A stretch of 64,000 nt of DNA from Carpediemonas membranifera BICM. Taxonomy: Eukaryota > Protista > Fornicata. The stretch is from the NCBI GenBank assembly GCA_019828565.1, contig JAHDYR010000019.1, forward strand, positions 236,618-300,617, written 5' to 3'. Below the pieces are notes generated by a model. The model saw only the letters and a program-made list of their open reading frames with translations. It was not told the DNA's origin and searched no databases. The translations under genes were made by a program, and so were the position numbers. Position 1 is the first letter of the stretch, and each line of letters starts with the position of its first letter. This document shows, piece after piece, positions 55,601 through 64,000 of the stretch.

Positions 55601-58600
55601 CGGCTTACACCTCAGCGCCCCCCGGCCTGCCCACTGGCGGCCCTTGCCCCGTCGGCAAGTACTGCCCCGAGGGCTCAGCAAGCGGGAGTCTATGCCCGGC
55701 CGGGACGTACAACCCGCACACGGGCGCCCGGTACGCCACGGACTGCATCAACTGTGACCCCGGTCACTACTGCGCCGGCTCTGAACTGAGCGCTAGCACG
55801 GCACCATGCTCGGCCGGGTACTACTGCACTGGCGGCTCATCCACGCCGACCCAGTTCGAGGTCTCCGTCGGTCACTACTCTGAGGAGGGCGCCATCGCCG
55901 AGTCCCCCTGCGACCCCGGCACGTACCAGCCCCAGGCCGGCCAAGGGTCTTGTTTGCCCTGCCCCGCCGGCAGCTACTGCCCCGACTCGGCCATGGACTC
56001 GACCGTGGCCTGTCCACAGGGCTACTATTGCCCAGAGGGCGCCAACACCCCCACACCGTGCCCCGCAGGCACATATACCACCACTGGCGGCCTGTCAAGC
56101 CTTGCGGAGTGCATCTTATGCCCTGGTGGAAAGTACTGCGCCACAGCCTCCCTCCTAGATGCCCCCACTGGCGATTGTACCGCTGGCTACTACTGCAACG
56201 GCTCGACGATCGTCCCGGCCCCGGTCGACCAGACATACGGCGACCGCTGCCCCGCCGGGTACTACTGCCCCCCAGGCAGCGACAGCCCCCTCGCGTGTCC
56301 CTCTGGTACGTTCCTCAAGAGCGAAGGAGCAGATGCCATTGAAGACTGTGTGGAATGCACTGCAGGCAAGTACTGCGAGACCACCGGCCTCGCCGCTGTC
56401 ACGGGCGATTGCTCTGAGGGCTACTACTGCACTGGCGGCGCCAAGTCCTCTACACCGCTCGCCGCCTCTGGTGAGGGTGACGTCTGCGGCGCTGGGTACT
56501 ACTGCCCTACCGGCTCATCTGTTCAGATTCCATGCCAGGCCGGCACATACACCGATGTGTCCGGCCTTGCCACATGCAAGACATGCCCGGCAGGCTACTA
56601 CTGCACGAGCACAACTTCCACACCGATCGATTGCCCCGCCGGTAAGTACTGCCCCGAGGGGTCCTCTGCCGGCACCAACTGCCCCGCTGGCACGTACAAC
56701 CCTGACACACTCGCTCAGTCTGTCGATGACTGCACCAACTGCACCGCCGGGTACTACTGCCCCACTACTGGCCTGTCAGCCGCGACTCTGCTCTGCGAGG
56801 AGGGATATTACTGCCCCGGTGGCGCGACTGACGCCTACGGCGCCGACTCTGCCGGCGGCGACTGCCCCAAGGGGTACTACTGCCCCGAGGGGTCCAGCGC
56901 CCCCGAGCCGTGCGTGGCCGGGGGCTACCAGGATCAGCTCAACCAGGCGTCTGCGAACGACTGCAAGCCCTGCACCGGCGGGTACTACTGCCCCGACGAC
57001 CACATGGAGGCTGTCGGCACCCAGTGCACGGCCGGCTACTACTGCACGGAGAACGCGACCTCCGCCACGCCCATTGATGGTGTCACTGGCGACATATGCC
57101 CTGATGGCCACTATTGTCCAACCGGCACCAGCAGCCCCGTCCCGTGTGCTGCGGGCACGTACCAGGACCAGGCCGGCCAGACGTCGTGTACGGCCTGCCC
57201 CGCCGGGTACTACTGCCTGTCGGGCACGGGCGACTACACGCTGACCCCATGCCCCCAAGGCTACTACTGCCCCGTCTCGACGACGGACCCGCACCTCTAC
57301 AGCTGCCCCGCTGGCACATACGGCGCGGCGACTGGCCTGACTGAGATCAACGCCTGCACCGACTGCGACCCCGGTTACTACTGCGAGAACCCCGCGCAGA
57401 CAAACGTCTCGGGTGAGTGTGCCGCGGGCTACTACTGCCTTGGGTCTGCGGAAACGGCCACACCGACTGGCACGACTGGTGCCCAGTGCTCTGCGGGCTA
57501 CTACTGCCCCGCTGGGTCGTCCTCGATGACGCCCTGCAGCGCCGGCCAGTACTGTAACACGGTCGGCCTCGCCACCCCCACGGGCAACTGCTCGGCCGGC
57601 TACTACTGCGTGTCCGCCGCGACCACGTCTACCCCGACTGACGGCACCACTGGAAACGTCTGCGGCGCCGGGAAGTACTGCGTTGCTGGCTCATCATCGC
57701 CTACTGCATGCCCCAAGGGAACTTACAACCCCATCACCACGGGTGGCGACCTTGATGCCTGCCTAAGCTGCACGGCCGGGTCCTACTGCAGCTCCAGCTC
57801 GCTGTCGACGCCCACACAGGTGTGCTCGGCGGGCTACTACTGCACTGGCGGCTCCCAGTCTGCCAACCCCACCGACGGCACCACTGGTAATATCTGCCCT
57901 GCCGGCTACTACTGCGAGTCCGGGTCCGATGACCCTGTACCATGCCCCGTGGGCACTTACCAGAGTACTGAGGGCCAGAGCAGCTGCGAGACGTGTGTGG
58001 CGGGCTATCACTGCCCCGAAGGCACGTCGGACTACACGATCTACACGTGCCCCGCTGGTTACTACTGCCCTGAAGGCACCACCACCTCCACCGAGTACCC
58101 CTGCCCCGCTGGCACCTACTCTGCTGCCACTGGTCGCACCCTTGTCAGCCAGTGCACCTCCTGTTCTGCCGGCAAGTACTGCGAAACTACTGGCCTGACC
58201 GAGCCTACCGGCAACTGTTCCGAGGGCTACTACTGCCCCGCAGGCAGCTCCTCATCGACGTCGACAATCTGCCCGGTCGGGTACTACTGCCCGGCCGGCT
58301 CCTCTGCCCCGGTCCCGTGCACTGCTGGCAAGTACTGCGGCGCCACTGGTCTGTCGGAGCCTTCTGGCAACTGCTCGACTGGCTACTACTGCCTGTCCGC
58401 CGCGACCACGTCTACCCCGACTGACGGCTCGACTGGCGCTGTCTGTGGCGCCGGCAAGTACTGCCCCGCAGGGTCCAGCTCGCCAACCGCATGTCCTAAG
58501 GGCACATACAACCCGGACGCCACCGGTGGCGACATTGATGCCTGCCTAAGCTGCACTGCAGGCTACTACTGCGGCAGCTCCAGCCTGTCCGCCGTGAGCG

Positions 58601-61600
58601 GAGCTTGCTCGGCTGGCTACTACTGCACTGGCGGTGCTGACACACCCACCCCGACGGACGGGTCGACAGGCGACATCTGCCCGGTCGGTAACTACTGTCC
58701 TGGTGGTAGCACCGCCCCAGTCGCATGCGAGTCGGGCACTTACCAGGACTTCGAGGGACAGACTACCTGCACCGCCTGTGAGGCGGGCTATTACTGCCCC
58801 GAAGGCACGTCGGACTACACGATCTACACGTGCCCCGCTGGTTACTACTGCCCTGAAGGCACCACCACCTCCACCGAGTACCCCTGCCCCGCTGGCACCT
58901 ACTCTGCTGCCACTGGTCGCACCCTTGTCAGCCAGTGCACCTCCTGTTCTGCCGGCAAGTACTGCGAAACTACTGGCCTGACCGAGCCTACCGGCAACTG
59001 TTCCGAGGGCTACTACTGCCCCGCAGGCAGTCTTTCCGCCACGCCCTCGTCGTCCCAGTGCTCTGTCGGGTACTACTGCCCGGCCGGATCCTCCACGCCC
59101 ACGACGTGCACGGCGGGCAAGTACTGCGGGTCTGCGGGTCTCTCTGCGCCCACAGGCGACTGTGACGCCGGCTACTACTGCGTCTCAACAGCGACCACCC
59201 CCACCCCGACTGACGGCACCACTGGAAACGTCTGCGGCACCGGGAAGTACTGCGTTGCTGGCTCATCATCGCCTACTGCATGCCCCAAGGGAACTTACAA
59301 CCCCATCACCACCGGCACTGACTCCGACGCCTGTGTCACGTGCACGGCCGGGTCCTACTGCAGCAGCTCCGGCCTCGCGGCCGTCACTGGCGCATGTTCT
59401 GCCGGGTACTACTGCATCGGCGGCGCGACGACTGCCACACCGACTGACGGTGTGGAAGGCAACATCTGCCCTGCTGGGTCCCAATGCGTGGCAGGCTCCT
59501 CCGAGCCTGAGGCTTGCGCTGCTGGCACATACCAACCGAACGTCGGCAAGAACACCTGCGCTGACTGCCCCGCTGGTTACTACTGCCCCAACACCGAGAT
59601 GACTGCCGGCATTGAGTGCCCCGCAGGCTACTACTGCCTCAGCGGCCAGGACTCCCGCTACGACAACCCCTGCCCCGCCGGCAAGTTCTCGAACGCCACT
59701 GGCCTCGCCTCTAGCGGCGAGTGCACCGCCTGCACCGCCGGCAAGTACTGTTCTGGCACTGGCAACACCGCAGTGTCGGGCGACTGCCTTGCTGGCTACT
59801 ACTGCGTGTCTGGCGCTTCGACCTCGACTCCAACCGACGGTATGACGGGCAACGTCTGCACGGCCGGCCGCTACTGCCCTGCCGGGTCCTCTGCCGGCAC
59901 CGACTGCCCCATTGGCACCTACAGCTCAGCCACTGGGCTGCAGACAAGCGGACAGTGCACTGCCTGCCCTGCTGGCAAGTACTGCGCGACCACGGGCCTG
60001 ACGTCGGTCACCGGAACGTGTTCGGCAGGCTACTTCTGCCTTGGTGGAGCAACCACTCCCGCGCCGACTGACGGCATGACAGGCGACGAGTGCCCCGCCG
60101 GGTCTGCCTGCATCTCGGGGTCGACCACGTACCAGGAGTGCGACCCCGGCACGTACCAGCCCGACGTCGCCCAGAGCACCTGCGACACCTGCCCCGCGGG
60201 CTACTACTGCGACGCCGAGGGCATGTCTGCTGCGCTCATCTGCCCGGCCGGCCACTACTGCCCCGCTGGCACTTCCCTGCCGTACTCGAACCCCTGCCCG
60301 GCCGGCACCTACTCCAACACCACCGGCCTAGAAGCCGAGGACGAGTGCGCGCCGTGCCCTGGTGGCAATGTCTGCACGACGACCGGCCTGTCCGCCCCTG
60401 ACGCCGACTGCTCGGCCGGCTTCTACTGCGCGGGCGGCGCCTCGACCCCGACCCCGACTGACGGGGCCACGGGTGCCCGATGCCCTAAGGGTTACTACTG
60501 CCCCGCGGGCTCCACTAACTACACTGCATGCGGCCTCGGAACATACAACCCTTCGCTTGGCGGCCAGAGCAGCGACGACTGCGACGAGTGCCCTGCTGGC
60601 AAGTACTGCGCGGAGATGGGCATCTCCTCTGCCGATGGCTCGGGCGACTGCACGGCCGGCTACTACTGCCTTGGTGGCGCGTCAACTGCGGCACCCACCG
60701 ACGGCGCCACTGGTGACATATGTCCTGTTGGTCACTACTGCCCGGCCGGCTCGACGTCCCCCGTCGCCTGCGAGGCTGGCACGTTCCAGCCCGACATGCA
60801 GCAGTCCTCATGCGACCCCTGTCCCAGCGGCTACACATGTGCCGCCGACGGCCTCGACGTCGGTACGGTCTGCCCCGCCGGCTACTACTGCGAGGAGGGC
60901 AGCACCACGGCTTCACCCTGCCCCAAGGGAACCTACTCCAACGCCACCGGCCTCCAATCGTCTGCCCAATGCCTGCTGTGCCCCGCTGGCCAGGTCTGCT
61001 CGGCTGCCGGGCTGACTGCGCCCAACGGCGTCTGCACGGCTGGTTACTACTGCGAGGAAGGCGCCACAACCCCGTCTGATGCCTCCAAACGCTGCACAAG
61101 CGGCTACTACTGCCCTACCGGCACTTCTGTGCCTACCGAGTGCCCACCCGGCACGATGGGCACGTCAACTGGTCGGCAGAGCGAGGACCAGTGCACCCCG
61201 TGCACAGGCGGCTACTACTGCGAGAGCACCGGCCAGACCACCGTCACTGACCCTTGTGACGCTGGTTACTACTGCGAGTCCGGCGCGTCTGTACCGAATC
61301 CCACTGATGGCTCGACCGGTAACAAGTGCCCGGTTGGCTACTACTGCCCCTCCGGGTCGTCTGAGGCGACTGCCTGCTGGATCGGGTCTTACCAGGACGC
61401 CACGGGCCAGAGCACATGCAAGTCCTGTCCCGCGGGCTACTACTGCGACGAGCTCGGCACGGTAGACCCCACTGAGTGCCCCGCCGGGTACTACTGCCCT
61501 GCCGGGTCGACCACGGGCACTTCCAACCCCTGCCCCGCTGGCACCGCGTCGAACTACACCGGTCTGAGCGACGAAGCCGACTGCCCCGCTTGTGAGGAGG

Positions 61601-64000
61601 CCGTCGCATGCACTGTCGAGGGGCTCACAGTTGCCAACGCCGACTGCGATGCCGGATACTACTGCATCGGCGGTGCGTCCACTGCACGTCCGACGGACGG
61701 CATCACCGGGGGCCAGTGCTCCAAGGGCCACTACTGCCCTGCCGGGTCCTACCAAGAGACGGCCTGCCCCACGGGCACCTACAACCCGACCAAGGGCGGC
61801 AGCTCCCTCGCCGACTGCCTTGACTGCCCCGGCGGCTACTACTGCGACACGGAGGGTCAGACATCCTACTCCAAGACCTGCGCTGAGGGTTACTACTGCT
61901 CTGCTGGTGCATCCGTGGCCAGTCCGACAGACATCGCGACTGGAAACAAGTGCCCTGTTGGGTATTACTGCCCGGCTGGCTCTAGCGTACCTGTCGCGTG
62001 CGAGGCTGGCACGTTCCAGGGTGCCACGGGCCAGAGCGAGTGCGATGCATGCCCCGCGGGCTATTACTGCCCTGAAGGCACTGCCGCGTACACTAGCTTC
62101 AACTGCCCTGCTGGTTACTACTGCCCCGCCGGCACCGAGGCCTCCCAGGAGAACCCCTGCCCGGCTGGCACCTACTCGAACTCCACCGGCCTTGTCTCCG
62201 AGGACGAGTGCGAGCCGTGCGACTCGGGTTACGCCTGTAACGGTGAGGCCCTGTCTGAGCCCACCGGCCAGTGCAAGGCCGGCTACGTCTGCCCTGGCGG
62301 CGCCGAGTCTGACATGCCCGACGACGAGGCCGGTAACGTCCCCTGCCCCGCTGGCTACTACTGCGAGAAGGGCTCTTCTGCCGCCACGGCCTGCCCGATT
62401 GGGACCATGAACCCCAGCACTGGCGGCACAAGCGTTGACGACTGCGGCGCCTGCACTGCGGGCTACTACTGCAGTTCCACTGGCCTCAGCGCCCCCACAG
62501 GTTCTTGCGACGCCGGGTACTACTGCCCTGAGAACCTTGGGTCGAGCGTACCCAACCCCTCGAGCTACAAGTGCCCCGTCGGCAACTACTGCCCTGCTGG
62601 CTCCGACGAGCCCATCGCATGTGCCGACGGCTACTACCAGAGCTCTGCCGGCCAGGCCACGTGCAAGATTTGCACTGCTGGCTACTACTGCCGCGATGGT
62701 GCATCCACCCCGACTGTCTGCCCCGCTGGGTACTACTGCCCGTCCGGCACCGCCATCCCCGAGATGTGCGTCGCCGGCACCTACTCGACCTCCACCGGCC
62801 TCGACGACGCCAGCCAGTGCGCCTCATGCCCCGCCGGCAGCTACTGCTCCGACGGCTCCGTCACGGCCAACTGCACGGCCGGGTACTACTGCTCGGGTGG
62901 GTCTGCCACGCCGACGCCCTCCGGCTCGATGTGCTCGCTCGGCTACTACTGCCCCTCTGGCACTGACTACCCTGTGGCGTGCCCCGAGAACATGTGGTCG
63001 TTCAGCACCGGCGCCATCTCCGAGGACGAGTGCGAGCCCTGCATCGCCGGCTACGAGTGCACGGGCGACTCCCCCTCCCTGTGCAGCCCTGGCATGTACT
63101 GCCCATACAACAAGGACCCCCAGGACTGCCCCACAGGCTCATACAACCCCGTTGAGGGCGCCACTAACATCAGCGCTTGCCTGACTTGCCCGGCCGGCTA
63201 TTTCTGTGATGCCGTGGGCATGTCCGACTTCGCCACGTCCCCGTGCGCCCAGTCGTACTACTGCCCCGAGGCGACACCCGCCCCGATCCTGTGCCCCTCT
63301 GGTACCTACTTCGACGGCGTCAAGGCTGGCGCGAGCACCGACTGCGTGACTTGCCCTGCTGGCTACTACTGCGAGCCCGAGACCGACGAAGACGACGTCA
63401 CGGTCATCTACAAGTACGAGTGTCCCGAGGGCTACTACTGCCCCGAGGGGTCCGAGTCGCCGACCCTCTGCCCGCTCGGCTACTACTACAACCCCGACAG
63501 CACCACCAACGACAAGGCCTCGCTCGACTCGGCTTGCATCATCTGCCCCGCAGGCTACTACTGCAATGACGAGGCCCGCCTGACCAAGGCCCTCTGCGAC
63601 GCAGGCTACATCTGCCTCGAGGGCTCAGGCGTGCCGAACCCCACCGACGGCACCAAGGGCTACGTCTGCCCTGCCGGGTACTACCACTGGCCGGGGCCAC
63701 GACGACGAGCGCATGCCCCACTGAACCTACTGGTCTGGGCCCACGGTGGCGGCACGTCTTTGGGGCATGCAGACCGAGTGCCGAGGGCCGACTTCCGGCC
63801 TGGCTGGCAACGTCGCGCGCGGCCCTCGAAGTGCCTGGCTCGATGCGGCGCGTCTCTTGCTCAAGGCGTTGGGCCACCCGATGCATTCACTTCATCCGCA
63901 CCCATCGGGCATCCGACCAGTTCTGTCCTCTCCATTTATTCTGGGCTCCACCTCGACTCTGATCTGTCCTTTGACTTCCAGATTGCTCCCACCCAGGCCA
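49611..64000 (+). CDS. Giant secreted/surface cysteine-rich repeat protein (CPAGYYC / GCC2-GCC3 ephrin-receptor-like repeats); intron 49730-49757; runs off window
   Basis: Signal-peptide-like MKKLILLISFFITVAWA; a 28-nt GTTCGT...CTAACACAG intron restores CPAGFYC. Frame +1 from 49759 is densely packed with C..G.YC repeats; absent from the ORF track, consistent with no stop before 64000. Confidence 0.88.
49966..52461 (+). repeat. Near-perfect 1,047-nt (349-codon) intragenic tandem repeat, ~2.4 copies
   Basis: Shadow ORFs recur at offset 1047 (50199/51246/52293); only a few substitutions between copies. Confidence 0.92.
58000..59030 (+). repeat. Intragenic near-identical ~250-nt blocks 783 nt apart (58000-58247 / 58783-59030)
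   Basis: CTGCCCCGAAGGCACGTCGGACTACACGATCTACACG... repeated; shadow ORFs at 58152 and 58935. Confidence 0.85.

Noticed and set aside
49703-63886. Many Pro/Ala/Arg-rich ORFs in the track
   Set aside because: Alternative frames of the single giant Cys-rich CDS.

Overview
Gene-dense, GC-rich eukaryotic DNA with very short intergenic spacers and tiny (28-37 nt) GT-AG introns whose 3' ends read roughly YAC-ACAG. This fits a flagellated anaerobic metamonad protist (Carpediemonas-like; inference). About 24 host genes are recognisable: NMNAT, a motor-less dynein-heavy-chain-tail-like protein, DDX47, CCT1, RPC2, RSPH9, EFR3, CFAP57, PFDN6, RPN8, ISY1, an AAA ATPase with three Walker A motifs, a reticulon-like protein, SF-assemblin-like, GNL3, cullin, BCAT, a GNAT protein, TMC-like, SETD6-like, IscU, RPB2 and a >4,700-codon cysteine-rich repeat protein that runs off the window. 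Highlights: (1) two degraded Fanzor (eukaryotic TnpB-like RuvC nuclease) genes sit inside an element bounded by short TG...CA direct terminal repeats with an adjacent purine tract. A solo copy of that repeat has a 5-bp target duplication, so this looks like an LTR/TRIM-like carrier whose terminal repeat may double as the guide-RNA scaffold. (2) RPB2 and RPC2 share a 100% identical 37-nt intron inside a homogenised tract, suggesting intron transfer by gene conversion between ancient paralogues. (3) A recent 2,902-bp tandem duplication creates a truncated cullin, beside a deletion-riddled relic of an older cullin copy.
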